A stretch of 64,000 nt of DNA from Lytechinus pictus. Its lineage: Eukaryota. The position numbers were made by a program, and so were the translations under genes. The notes under the pieces were generated by a model that did no database searches, was not told the DNA's origin, and was given only the letters and a program-made list of their open reading frames with translations. The DNA lies in the NCBI RefSeq assembly GCF_037042905.1, contig NC_087251.1:29948001-30012000 (forward strand), in the 5' to 3' direction. This document shows positions 36,736 to 50,434 of this stretch, in pieces; positions within the stretch are counted from its first letter, which is position 1, and each line of letters opens with the position of its first letter.

Positions 36736-38299
36736 ATTTTAGAAAGTCATTTGATTTGGAAAAAAAAATAACAATCGAAATTTCATCAATTTTTAGTACA
36801 AAATGTTAGGAAAAAAATATTATAGAGAACAAAATAGAAATTAGAAGTTGATTACAACTATTGAATTCATAATCATTTTAGACAGTGTAATCCAAGGCAA
36901 AGTCAAAGACAAAGTAAAAAAAGAAGGCTTCAAAAATATTATTAAATAGTGTCCGGACTCCCGACCACTCAATGACTCATCCTCATACTTAATTTAGTGT
37001 TGAGGCTTGAAGCTTGTGCTTATGCCCCTCGCCTTTATTACTTGGTTAGTTGGGGATTTTAAGGGTTGTACTTGCGTGGATGTGAATGTGATCTCCAGTG
37101 TTTTTCAAGTTGATTAGTTAAAGCTGAAATTATGGTTGTGGCATTCATTTATCATGTTTATGTCGGCGGAATCTGGAACCGCAACTGGATAGGCTATTCC
37201 ACTGAACACTTCATGAATTCATTATTCACTCGTTTCAAACACAATATTGTCATAAAATTCATCAAACTTCCACCATAAATACACAAACACCTGAAAATAT
37301 AAAGATGTAAAAATTTTGCCTAAATTTTTCTGTTTTATGATATCACAGGCCTGGATATCAGCTTCCATTTTCCAATCGCACCCTATGAAAATGGTCTACT
37401 GGTATTGCCGAATATGTGTTTTCTTTGGGAAACTTTTGAGAAAACAACAAAATCACTGATGAGCTATTTTTACATTATTTTATTATTTAGAGAATATAAA
37501 GTCTTTGAAAATGTGGTTTTTTTTTACTTTTTTACCATAATTTTCATCATCTTTCCATTCTTCTTTTTCGGGGTTGATCTGCCTCCTGATCAGATTGAAG
37601 ATTCAATATTTAAGGGATTGCAAAGTTTTGAGCGTATGAAATTATTTTGGGTGCATACTCTGAGCACATTTGGTAATACAAGGCCGGTCAGTGAGACGAT
37701 CACTCACTATACAGAACTGTATATGTATAGTATTGTTAGCAAACACTTTTCAAAAATCACTTTATTCATACACAATGTATAATTTTATTTCAATCCCCTC
37801 CCCCCCCCCAAAAAAAAAGGGGAAGATTGACCTTGGTTTAGAACTTCAGTCATGCTCAATTTATTTAGATTGATACTACAATACATGTAGGCCTGAGTCA
37901 AAGCATTTAACTAATATTTAAATGACCGTTATCACAAATAAATGTTTACAAATTTTGGTAAATGTTTAAAACTTTTTGAAAAAAGTGACCCAAAATACAT
38001 GTATACCTTAAATACCTTATTCATAATTTTTATTGATTTTGGTGAACCAAGAAATTTTTTATTGAATAACAACTTCGTGATAATTTTTCAAATGTGCGAA
38101 AATGATAGTAACGCCATCATAATGTTTATGAAAGAAAAATATGTCTGTTTTTTTTTTATTTATTTTTTTATTCTGTTTAGATTCAAAGACTTCATTAAAA
38201 TACCCCCCCCCAAAAAAAAAAAAAAAAACCTGATGTAAACCTGTGATGAATCAGGCCAATGGTTAACATAAATATTTGAAAATTTCTAATGTAATTAAG

Positions 38300-38730
38300 C
38301 TGGGGCCGTGGAATAGTTTTGAAAGTCGAGAAAGTGGAGAAAGTACCATACAAAAATCACAATCAGATGGTAATTTGTACATTTTTTTATTAAGAAAAAA
38401 AGTGGGAGCTGTGGAATAGTTATGAAAGTTGGGAAAGTAGGGGGGGGGGGAACTGAACATGCAAAAAATCACAATCAGATGCTAATTTGTACATTTTTTA
38501 ATTAAGAAAAAAAGTGGGAGCTGTGGAATAGTTATAAAAGTTGGGAAAGTAGGGGGGGAACTGAACATGCAAAAAATCACAATCAGATGCTAATTTGTAC
38601 ATTTTTTAATTAAGAAAAAAAGTGGGAGCTGTGGAATAGTTATAAAAGTTGGGAAAGTAGGGGGGGAACTGAACATGCAAAAAATCACAATCAGATGCTA
38701 ATTTGTACATTTTTTAATCAAGAAAAAAAA
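38300..38730. repeat. ~108-bp tandem repeat, ~3.5-4 units
   Basis: TCACAATCAGATG recurs at 38357, 38469, 38577 and 38685. Confidence 0.9.
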
Positions 38731-39342
38731 ATCGTAATCATCTTCTTAAAGACAGACCTGCTGAATTCAATTTTCAGAATTTCGTTATTTTTATTTATCT
38801 TCCCTTAAGATATACCTTTTTCCTCAATTAATTTCCCTTTTTATCTTGAATATTGTGGTTATTATTGCAAATGTTAAATTATTATTCATGCATTGTACGC
38901 GCTATGGTGCTTTTTGTTTTAGCGCCTCTAAATATCCATTATTTATTCCATTATTATTAGACAACTGATGTTGAAGACTAGTTAACACAATCTTTCAAGA
39001 ATAGCCCCCCACCCCCCCCCCTGGCTTGTCTTGAAAATTTGTGTTATCGTACCACTCCATTCTCAACGTAATGCTTTGAGGCAATCAAGAGGAGGGGGGG
39101 CTATTAACTTGAAGGTTTTTTAGCGCACCACAATGCAACACTTCAAGATGAAATTTTGTGTAAAATTGGTGGGTGTGTTTGCAGTGCACTGCGTGATATG
39201 GCCGTGAACTAAATGTATTTGATGTTTCGAATCGGCACTCTCAATAATGATACCAATTCAATGTACACCAGTGGTACTCAGCAATGCTGACACTTTAATA
39301 TGTATCATTCATTATTCCTTTTCAGGAGTCATTCCATCTAGC

Positions 39343-42300
39343 ATGGACATCACTAGAGGCAGTTTAGATGATATCACCAGGCCAGCTAGAAGCTCTAGAT
39401 ACAGACCTGGTAGCAGGGTATCACTCAGCAGCCCAGTTAATAGGCCCCTCAGTGTCACAAGTAGCTCATTGGAGATATTGCCACCTGATCCTGATATACT
39501 GCTGCAAGAAGTGAGTGAATGATAATCATAAAATGATTTTGTAAATTATGGAAAATACAAACTCAAATGTATTCCAAAATATCAGAATTGTGAAGTTTAC
39601 AAGGTTATTGTCCACATGAACCATATTCCCAAAACAGCCTCCTGCAATAAACTGTAAAGTACATGTCAAATGACTAGAGACTTTTCTTAGTTGTGAAACA
39701 ATGGCAAGTTCAGGAATGTCTATAAGTTGTATTTAAATGTACTAGAATTCAGAATTCTCAAAATTTATGTATTATCCTAGTTTTTGTATAGCTGATATAG
39801 CAGAAAGGAGACATAGGCGCCGCATTTCTGATGGTGTCAGTGACTGTGGCATCGTCAAAATAAATATTTTGTTAAGTTACATGAATGTTAACATAACTTT
39901 GGTATACCTCAGCGCGCGACACTGGCACTGGTCCAATGGTCCCAGACCGGTAAAAATTGCTGTCGGGCCAGTAACTTTTCAGAAAAAGCCAGATTTACTG
40001 ATCCAACATGACCATTTAGATTATATCTAAATGATAAAAATGTATTTTCTTCTCTTTTTTTTTGGGGGGGGGTAACAATAAGCAATAAGACAGCAAAATA
40101 AACTTGAAGTCTTTTTTATATTTTTCTTTATTTTTGGGACCACTTAATTTTAGGTTCGGTCCAGTAAAAATGGAAAAACTGGGTATGTACTGGTTCGACA
40201 TGATCAGGTCGGACCAGTAGAAAATAAAGGTTAGTGTGGAGCCCTGTATACCTGCCCAAAAGTTACCCAGTGTATTTTGGAACCAGATATGAATAACATA
40301 TGTTGCGTTTGGTGAGCTGAAAGGGGGCTATTATAGTATGTGTAGGGTGTCGAATTTGTGGCGCACATGGGGTGGGGTGATGGTTTTGAACATGTCCAAA
40401 TCCTTTATGCGTGGATATCTTATCAATCATAAAAGATGTCAATGGATACGCAGGCTTTTTGGTTTTGTTTTGTGTTGAAATTGTGCTTATTTCATGGATT
40501 GTATTGTGGTTGATAATGGGCGTTTTTTAGAGAGAGGTAGTGGTTTGAAGCTATATTAGGATGCTGAGGATAAGATCAGGTTTCACTGCTCATGTTAATC
40601 ATTAATTAAAGAGCAGAGAACGTTTGGCTGGGAAAAGGACAGTTGTTGATCAAAAAATTTGGGTGGTGAGAGGATGCATTGCCCATACAGGGAATACATC
40701 CTCTCACCTTGTGTTTTTTTAGATTGGAAGTGAATATTGGGGTAGTTAGTGTACTCACTTTAGTGGAGATGTTTATGTGTGGATGTGTCCGAAGTCCTAC
40801 CCTGCCTGCTAAGTGCTAAGTTAGTGGTGGGAGCATGGGCGAGGATCGGCCGAGGCAGGTGCGCACGCCTGCCCAATCGCCTAGCCCTAGCTTAAACAAA
40901 TTCCAATCTTATCAACTAGAAACTTTCACTACAGGATCATTTTTGACCGCTTTTTCTGGTAGTGATATCAGATTTTGACGATATTAAGTACTTTCTGAGA
41001 TATACGATCGTCCACGAAATATGGTCACGCGCGAAGTAAGGTCACACGAGTGTTCATTGAAAATAAAGAATAATAAATTAGTTGCTATTGATACCCATTC
41101 TTTTGTACGCACAGATATCGCCCGACGATCAAACTTAAACCGGCTTTACGAGTTTTCTTGGACAATCATGTTGTGCATCTTTGAAAGGAAGTGGCTCCCC
41201 TGAACGTATTATGGTACAGGGGTAAAAAAACGTCATCAATCATGTGACATATAATGAAAATCAGTTTCAACTTTTTTAATTTAAAGTCAGTGATATGTAA
41301 GTTAAACCATTAAATGTTGTATCCATGTTTTTCTCCCAAAAAATGAAAAATGCCAACATAAAAAACGAGCGTTATTTAGTGACGACAAAGATTCTGCTAA
41401 CGAAAGTTAATGAAATGTTCCAAAAAAGCTTAAGATGTGAAGAGCGCCGCACACGGCATTCCAGGAACAGGGCGTCAAGTGCAGAAATACCCCAAATCAT
41501 TAGCAGTAGCTTTTAACATGCAAAATTGATTATAACCAAAGGGTAAATATGAAACAGGAAAGGTTTGATCAGTGTTACAAAGTTGCTGCTATATTGCATA
41601 GTGCAATACAAGCAAGACTGCCAAGGTCATTTGACTTGTTTAATGTCAAACTTATTTTCTTTTTCAATTTGAAAAGAGAGATACATACATGTATCTTATT
41701 TGTGTCAAATCATAATTGTATCTTCCTTCTTTTTCAAAGGACGATGATCTGGCTGTGGTTGAGTTTCTGGAGTCAGAAGAAGAAGAGGTAGAAGATATAA
41801 AAAAAGAAGAAGGTATCAGTGAAATTGGTAGAAGTAATCGAGTGTTCAATGCTCACAGGGTACAGGATAGACTACACAACCTAGACCTTCTCCTAGCCAA
41901 AGATGATGAAAGCATGGGTGGTAGCAGTCCCGACACCGATGGTCCAAGCAACTTAAGAGAGCTTACCTATGATGCTCATCTCAACAACACTGATGAGGGG
42001 AGGTATGGGAGAAGTTCATCTAGGACTTCATCTAGGGGACAAGGAAGCAAGAACCAGGATGGGAGGCAAGAGGTGGAGGAAGAGGAAGATCCGGACGCAG
42101 ACTTGGCAGCCATCACTGATCCTGAGCTAAGAAAGGCCATCAAGAAGATGCGCAAGCTGGATCGTATCTTGAACACGAGAGTGACGAGGGAGAAGGAGGT
42201 GAAACGCCAGAGGAAGTTACTCCATCATCAGCTGGAGGAAGAGCTAGATGCCATCAAGGAAGAGGGTGGTGGGAAGTCAAAAGAGGCTTCAGAGAACACG

Positions 42301-45300
42301 ACTAGGTTCCTAGCGTTGGTACCTCCTGTCAGCCATGATGAAGGTTTGCCAACTCTATATCTTTTTCTTGTGTGTGTGTATGTGTTTGTTTCCTAAAATT
42401 GAGTACTTGAAATCATGCTTCTTTTGATATCTCCACTCATGTTTGTGTGTTTTAGTGGACAATTTATGGACTCTTCAGGAAATGTGATTTTTACATATTG
42501 ATGAATATCTATTTTCGTTTTGATTTTTAGGAGTAAACATGGAAGACATTCCTTCGACTCCTGTGTTTGCAACACAGCCTCCAGAGGGCAGCAGCCCGTC
42601 TCATAAAACTTCATCATCAAGTGAACATTCTAGTCCTGGTAAGTTTAACTTTCTAGGGTATGGATCTATGATGGGACAAAGCTCAGCGGTATTTTCTGTT
42701 TTCTACAGTTCCCATAGGAACTAGGCAGCGCAGCTTTCTGATATATTAATACCAAGCCTGGTATAGCCAATAACTTAGGAAACCTTTTACATCTAAGTTG
42801 ATCAGTCAGAGATTACAGAAAATTATTCTTGGGCCTGTTTTATAATAGCCGAGTGGGGATTCGAACTCACCACCTCACAATCAAGAGTCCATTGCTCTCA
42901 CCACTAGACCACATTGTTATCCTGACACATGTATGGGTACAAACTGAGGGGCTAATGTACCTCAGTTTTTAATAGCAATTATTATCGAATATTGCTTAGA
43001 AGTGAATACCGTCTTTAAATCAAGTTTTGTTGATGAATTTCAGCAAGGTCCATAGGTCAGAGCAGGAGATCTTCGAAGATGTCACCCAGGGATCATCTCA
43101 GAAAACCTAGACCACCTGGAGCAGGCAACCAGAGGAGGAAAGAAGATGAACCAGATTTCATTCACAGGAATATTCAGGTGAGGATAGCAGTCGCCTCCCT
43201 TCAGCAATCAGTCTATTCACATTGTGCTGCACTCGACCTGGGTGAGGTGAAAGGCATATATGGTAGGATTGATTCCTTGAAGACACCACTGAGTAGTGCT
43301 GATAGAGCAGCATCACAAGCTAAAGCTGGTGTGGGGCTTTGTATCTTCTAGCAAAGAGGGCTATGTAAATCCAATCATTATGATTTTTATTATTATTCAA
43401 GGAGATTTTTAAAAAGAAATACATGTATTCACATGGATATTGTTCTCTAAATTTGTTTACTTGAATTAAATAATAGGTCATACACTCTACAGTATTATGT
43501 ATCCTGCTAGCTCTCTCAAGGATCGAGGGGGGAGGGGTCTTTAACTGTCAGTCCATTTTAACATTTACAAATTTAAAAGAGGTTACATTCCAAATCATCG
43601 TAACATGCCTGTGATACCTTTACTCTGCTTTCAGTTGGCTTCAGATGCTGGTAATCTGATTGCAATGACAGATGATGAAAAGAAAAGACTTGAAGATTTG
43701 CTCTCAGAAGTTGAGGTGCTTGCAGGAGAACCAGACGAGGTGAGATTTGTCTGAAAGAACATTGTTTCCCATTATATTTCTTGATTATTCTGGCATAAAA
43801 TTCAGGTGGAGAACCTTCTGTTCGGGTGAGGTAATGATAAATTATGTCATCTCCCCACTTTATTTCAATGGCATCATCCACTCTTTTCTCAAGGGATATT
43901 TTGTGGGTGCTTAATTGTATGTGTGTGTGTGTGTGTGTGTGTTTGTGTTTTTAATGGATATTTATCAATCAGATATGGAGTCTTTGTATTGACCTTTGTC
44001 ATCACTATCTGAAAAACATGACTCAGAGTCAAAACCTGTTCTCAGTTAATAACATACACATAGATGGATTACCTGCACACACTGCAATGCTTAGTTATCC
44101 ATATCTGCCATATGATAATAAAAGAGTGATGATGACCAGAGTATGTTTTAAGGTTGTAGTGATTTTCACCGACTAATTTGCTCTCAGCCAGTCAGATGGA
44201 AGGTTTTCCAGTAGCTTAGAATGTCTGTCATGGATAATCACAGAGTAAGCTTGTCATGAATCGCTCCCCTGATGATAGATACGTGGGAAAACACATTAGT
44301 TTATGACATATATTCTTTCCTTTCCTTTCTAGGCTTTGGAGACCCAAGTATTTTTTGTGAAACCCCTCTTAGCCCTGCTGCTCTTGATCAGCCTATTATT
44401 ATTATTTGTTTGGCGTCACTTGTGCCTGAGAGGCGAAAAGCGAACTGTATCACTAGGACCCACACGTCTCTCCTCATATAATTGATTGGGGGAGTGCAGG
44501 TGGACCACTTCATTGGGGTTACCCCCTACTAGACTGTGGGATGGTAGCTAAAATTGTGACTTTCCGTGGGGCAGCAAATGCAACCACGGTTCTTGGACAT
44601 GATAATATGTAAAATATTATGTGTGAATACATGCAACATGTTGCCATCGCTGAATTCTGCTCCTGAACTCAAAATTAAAATAAGATGCAAAATCGTACCA
44701 TTGATTCGACTGGAAATTCTGCCATTCACCCCGTGTGTTAAGGACTTCCGGGAACGCCCCCAAGCATGTACAATGCACGTAGCCTCGTTCGTATTTATTT
44801 ATTTTTTATTTGCTGTATAATATAGAATCTATGATGGCAGATAAGATGTTGTTGTCTTCATCGTGTTTTGACAGCGAAAATGACGTTTTACCACCAGCAA
44901 ATATATGCTACATGCATGTCTTACCCAAGGAGAGAGGGCCAGTAAATTTCTTTCAAGTAAAGAGCTAGAACAAATTTAAGCCTTTGCTGCATTCGTTTGT
45001 GTAGACTACCTGGGACTTCGGAATAAAAATAGATATTCGTGCAGCAGAGAAGTTTGCTATAGACTTGCAGCAAGATCCGAATGGATCAAACTAAAGTTAT
45101 AGATGTAACGCGTTACATCTTGCCCAGGGCCAGGTCAAACATCGGTCGTATCACCAGCATTCAGCAATCAAGCGATCGAAGGTGAAAAAGATGCAGAGGA
45201 TGATTTTGAAGATGGTGATCTTTGTCCATGCCAAATTTTTTTTTTTACTTTGTGCTCCTGCATTTCACTCTCTGCAAAAGTGAAGCAGTGCAAAAATTGA

Positions 45301-48300
45301 TGATTTTTGTATAGGTCTAGATCTAGATTTCTTAATTGAGTCGATGAATAATGTGACTCATGACTTCATCTTCTATTCATACGCCTTGTAAATGTGGTGG
45401 TTTCTATTTTCATAACTCAAGAATGACAGATGAACTGATTTGATAATATATATAATTTTAGATGTTCCTATTATGAGCTTTGAAATGCTAGTCTCAGGAA
45501 ACAATATTTACGAATCTATCTTCATTACGAGAATCCTGCGTTTAAAAAATACCCCACCAGCTTATAACACAGGAACTCCATTGCCTTGCGTGTTGTGTCA
45601 ATGGGAGCTCAGGTGGGGTATTTGAAACCCCAATTTCAGATTTTGGGAGAGCTTCATTTCTCTCGTTTAAACTGGGGTGGGGTTCATCTGACTGCTGATA
45701 ATGTCTTGCGTGTTAGTCAATGGGATCTCAAGTGGGGTATTGACACCCCACTTTCAGTTATTGGGAAAGTTTCATTTCTCTCGTTTAAACTGGGGTGGGG
45801 TCGATTTAGTGACTGCAGCTGCTGATAAGAGCTGATAAAACACTGTGCATGCCACCACATCAGGCTGATGAACGGCATGGAGTGGGATTGCAGCTGTCCT
45901 TGTTACGTAATAGTATAAACAAACTCTTCAGAGCTTCCTGGCTGACAGTAATCTTGAAAGAATATATTTGTATTCTATTTGTTTTAGGACATTAGCATGT
46001 CTAAAAAAGATTCAAAATTTAGATGGAGATCGAACTGAAATTTTCAACGATGCAAAATGACCCACAATTGCCGAAATAACAATAAGTTTTAAAAAAAATC
46101 ACCCCCAGTTAACTCCCTCTCTCACCCTCTCTTGCTCTCTCTCTCCCTCTCTGCCAGGCCTTATGAAGGTCACTTCTCCTTGGGGGAAGGTGGATTAGCT
46201 GGGAGAGTGCGTGGTTGTTTACTTAAGGATAACCATTCCTTGTTGATATTGGGATGGGGGGGGGGCGAGTGAAAGTAGCTTGGAATTTGAAATTGGGGTG
46301 TCAGAGGAGATCCATTTTTAAACACAAAGTTTCGTAATGTTTATGCTCTATTTCAAAAATTATAAAAGTATAGAATAGATCTTACTCAGTTAAGAAATCT
46401 ATATCTAGACCTATACAAAAATCATCAAAGTTTGCACTGCTTCACTTTTGCAGAGAATGAATCGCAAGAGCACAAAGTGAAAAATTTTGGCATGGACAAA
46501 GATCGCTGTCACAAAGATCATCATCTTCAAAATAATCCTCTGTATCTTTTTCACCTTCAATCGCTTGATTGCTGGTGATACGAACAATGTTTGAACTGGC
46601 TCTGGGCAAGATGTAAAGTTAATTTGATCCATTCAGATCTTGCTGGTCGGGCCTGGCCGGGCTGCAAGTCAATCACAAACTTCTCTGGCTGATCAGTCTC
46701 TGCTGCACGAATAGCTATTTTTTATTCCGAAGTCCCAGGTAGTCTACACCAACGAATGCAGCAAAGGCTTAAATTTTTTCTAGCTCTTTACTTGAAAGAA
46801 ATTTTCTGGCCCTCTCTCTTTGGGTAAGACGTCCTTGTAGCATATATTTGCTGGTGGTAAAATGTCATTTTCGCTGTCAAAACATGACGAAGACAACGAC
46901 ATCTTATCTGCCATCGTAGATTCTATATTATACAGCGAATAAAAAATTAATAAACGCGAACGAGGCTACATGCATTGTACACTCTTGCGCGCGTTCCCGG
47001 AAGTCCTTAACACACGGGGTGAATGGCGGAATTTCCAGTCAAATCAATGGTATGATTTCGCATATTATTATTTTGATTTTGAGTTCAGGAGCAGAATTCA
47101 GCGATGGCAACATGTTGCATGTATTCACACATAATATTTTACATATTATCATGTCCAAGAACCGTGGTTGCATTTGGTGCCCCACGGAAATGAAAAACTA
47201 GAGACATTTTCCTTGCCCATCCCATAGTCTATACTCTTACACGAATAGCGCAGTGGGTTCTTAACATGTAAAGGTGATGACTTTCCTCTACACGGTGACC
47301 CCATATAATGTCCTGTCCGAGGGACGGAGTGTTTACCACTATGACACATCCTGCATCTATGGAACAAGGGAGGAACACATAACACAGGCTTCAGCCATTC
47401 TCCTGCGATGGACACAACCCCACAACCTTTAGTTCGACAGGCAGAAGGATTACCGACTGAGTTAACTCGCTCCCTCAACTCATAACATTATTTTCATATT
47501 TTTTTATCATCAGGGTTCTTCTGGGACCAATCTTCAGTTGAATCCCATCAGTGGATCAGGTTACATACCCGATGCAGACAGCCAGATGCTTCTAAAAGAT
47601 ATTGACGAGAAACTCAAGAACCTACTCCCATCTGATGATTTTATGGATATCTGTAGTACCCCCTCTATGGTATGTACTTTGTCAGTTATCTTCAGCTGTA
47701 ATATGATACATGTTTTGATTATAATTTCTATTCCTCTTCTTTCCTTGTTTTTCTTTATTTTTGTATTCATCTTTTCTTTTTTATCATCGCTGTCACCTTT
47801 TTATTCTTACCTGCATTACATTTAATTTGGGATATATGTGTGTTTAGGGTCATAAATAATACTTCATATCTTTTCATTTGTTTGCTTTATCTTTGATGCA
47901 TTTTGTGTTCTTTCTGTGATTTGAATTCTGACCAGAGTCTTTTCATCTATACCACTTAGTGAAAATTATCTAAATAGAATATGGAAATTAGAGAAATGCA
48001 ACAACTCTATTCTAGGAAAATACATTTCTATATATTATACTTACAAAATGTTGATAGATTTATAAACTTTTCTCTATATTTATTTACCTGTTTAGTTTGG
48101 ATGATAATAGATGTCCTATATCATTAGGCATCTCAGGGTTTGAGGGTCTAATCTCATATCAAGACCTATTAGAAAATTACTAACACTGGAAAAATGAGAA
48201 TAAATACATGTATACAAGAGTAAATAGATCTATATGACTTTGACCTTGTTTCTAATTACATGACATTATTGAACAATGGAACAGATTAATCTTCAATAAG

Positions 48301-50434
48301 TATGTAACTGTAACATTTTTGCAGCTTGGAGACAGACGAGAGTCATTCAATACTGTAGCATTTGACCTTGGTGAACGTATCCTCAAGGACACCAAGGTAG
48401 AACAGAGTCAGCAGCAGAGACTCAAAAACATTGAGCAGGAACTTACCAGTCTTCAAAATCAAGTGGAAAATGAGGTAAAAGAGACACTGTATTCTAGCAT
48501 ATCTTGTCTATTGCATGACATCTCAAACAATTGAGAATAATGAGCATTGTATGTTGTCCAAGTACCGGTACTCTATGAGAATAAGAAAGGGAAAAAAATG
48601 TTACCTCTGTTACATGGACATTACATCTATATCATTAGCGATAGACTCTCAGATCTGAAATTGCAATTTATAGTGATATTTGAGAATAGGACCTAAGGGG
48701 ATGCCATTTGTTTGCTGAAGTGATCATTGTCAGTTCAGATACTTGTGGAGTTTAGATGAGACGTGTGACATGATTTTGTAGTTCGGATATGTCACTAATT
48801 CGCCCCAGCCAATATAATGACCCAGAAATTTATTTCTCTTCCCTTTCCTGTTGTAGATATCATCACCATCATTATCAAAGGCTCAGCTGAACTCCCTCCT
48901 GCAACGCTGCTCTGATGCCAGCGATAGAACCATGACAGAAATCACGTCACCCCGTCTCAAACAGACCCCGTCAGCCTTACAGTCCAGCCAGTCCTCTCCC
49001 AGACTAAACAGTCAGCAATCATCACCCAGACTGCATGGGCAGGATGGTAGTCAGGTGTCACTGGATGCACCCCCTGCTGCGAAGCTCTCTGATGGTGCCT
49101 TACAGCAGCTTCTCTCAGAGGCCAAAGCCAGTCTGGGGCTGCTGGCCCTAGAGAATGCTGATAGCAGTCGGGCCAGTAGCAGGACCACAAACACCTTGAT
49201 GACAGGGAGGGACTCCGAATCACAACTTGAATTCTCGTTAGGTGACTCACCGAGATCTGAAATGAGTATGAGTAAGTTTGCCCATTATCTTTTATTGATT
49301 TAAGTAAGTTAGATGAAGTGATAGGACATTCCCAAAGTTTTCTTCATTTAGCCATGTTTCTGAAGAAAAAATGAGGAGAGATTTAGCATACACATTGAAT
49401 TTGTAACACTGACAAAGTAAGATGATATCTAAATAGTCCAAAACCAAATGTATGGATATGGGATGAAATATTTTTTAAAGGAGGAAAATCACATGAAAAA
49501 GAGATTTTGTAAAGTCACCTCTAATTGCACTTTGTATTGAAATAGCACAAAAATATTTCTGGAGAACGTTTTCCATGGCACTGCCTGTATGTGAAACATC
49601 ATATCATAGATGTATGTCCATGACCAATTGCGAGATAAAAAGATAGAGAAATATAGATTCTTTGTTACATATAAATAGTTTTAAAACATTACTCGATGTA
49701 AAGGTTGTGACACTGGATGCAAAATGCAGAAATTCAGAGTAAGTAGGTTAAATGAAAATAGTAAGAACAAGGACTCCGTACATCTCCCTTCCCTGAGCGG
49801 TGATTATATAGTCTGTACCAGTATGTTTGTATAGCTATGTGTCTTCAGAGAGTCTGTGTATGCAGAGAGGTGGAGAGACTTTCACTTTATTGTGGAAAGT
49901 GGTCTGTTTTTATGTCTGCTGGGGACTTGATTCGAAGCTGCCGACATGCTGGATCCTGAATTTGATAATTTTTTTTATTGTATGCACACAAACTTTCTTT
50001 AAAATATTGTTTTAAAGACAAAAAAGGTTGCACAAAGTCCTCTGTGATGTGGTAGGTGATTCTGGCACAAGATTGTATAGTACTGCTTTTTAAACCAGTT
50101 CAGACTGGATTCTGTAATCATTGCCTGCTGCTAAATTCACACTCAAAGCCAATGGAAAAACTTGGAAGGAAAAAAAATCATAATCACTGATCAGATAGCA
50201 CAAGTTTTTGACAATCACAGCACTTGAAAAACAGCTGGTATAGATAATGATGTATCGTATTTTACAGATACATCAAGAACTCTCGTCTCTCATGACGTTA
50301 TCCAACAACTTCTGAAGAACCCACGTGCCACCTTGTTGCAATCCAGCCGCCAGCAGTACACAGAGAACTATGAAGATAATAACCAGGATATGGAACTTGA
50401 TGATGATGAACTTAATGCTTCATTGGAAATATAA
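39343..50434 (+). CDS. FSIP1: Fibrous sheath-interacting protein 1 homologue, ~668 aa, 9 coding exons
   Basis: Exons 39343-39510, 41740-42343, 42531-42638, 43044-43177, 43635-43739, 47514-47669, 48325-48474, 48857-49271 and 50268-50434 are phase-compatible (2007 nt). N-terminus MDITRGSLDDITRPARSSRYRPGSR, plus AIKKMRKLDRIL, ENTTRFLAL, PVFATQ, DFIHRNIQLA...MTDDEKKRLEDLL and GERILKDTK, match recalled vertebrate FSIP1 blocks. Confidence 0.88.
39910..40246. mobile_element. CAG...CTG MITE with 7-bp TSD (P-like)
   Basis: CAGCGCGCGACACT / AGTGTGGAGCCCTG; TATACCT at 39903-39909 and 40247-40253; repeated GGACCAGTA subterminal motifs. Confidence 0.65.
42740..42914 (-). mobile_element. tRNA-derived SINE fragment
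   Basis: Minus-strand TGTGGTCTAGTGG (A box) ... GAGTTCGAATCCC (B box). Confidence 0.55.
44394..47474 (-). mobile_element. Deu-domain (SURF1-like) tRNA SINE split into 44394-44529 and 47232-47474 by a transposon
   Basis: Minus-strand head GGGAGCGAGTTAACTCAGTCGGTA. Rejoined core TTAAGAACCCACTGCGCTATTCGTGTAAGAGTAGGGGGTAACCCC resembles the DeuSINE conserved block; (TAA)n tail. Confidence 0.65.
44530..47231. mobile_element. 2.7-kb Academ-like foldback element with ~810-850-bp TIRs and a 3-bp TSD
   Basis: TAC|TAGACTGTGGGATGG ... CCATCCCATAGTCTA|TAC. Arms 44530-~45342 and ~46384-47231 are reverse complements. Internal 120-bp duplication at 45586/45706; no transposase ORF. Confidence 0.8.

Noticed and set aside
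40255..40890. GT-rich segment with hints of a LINE C-terminus (AFGELK, EDKIRFHC)
   Set aside because: No continuous frame or diagnostic motif; cannot be classified by eye.
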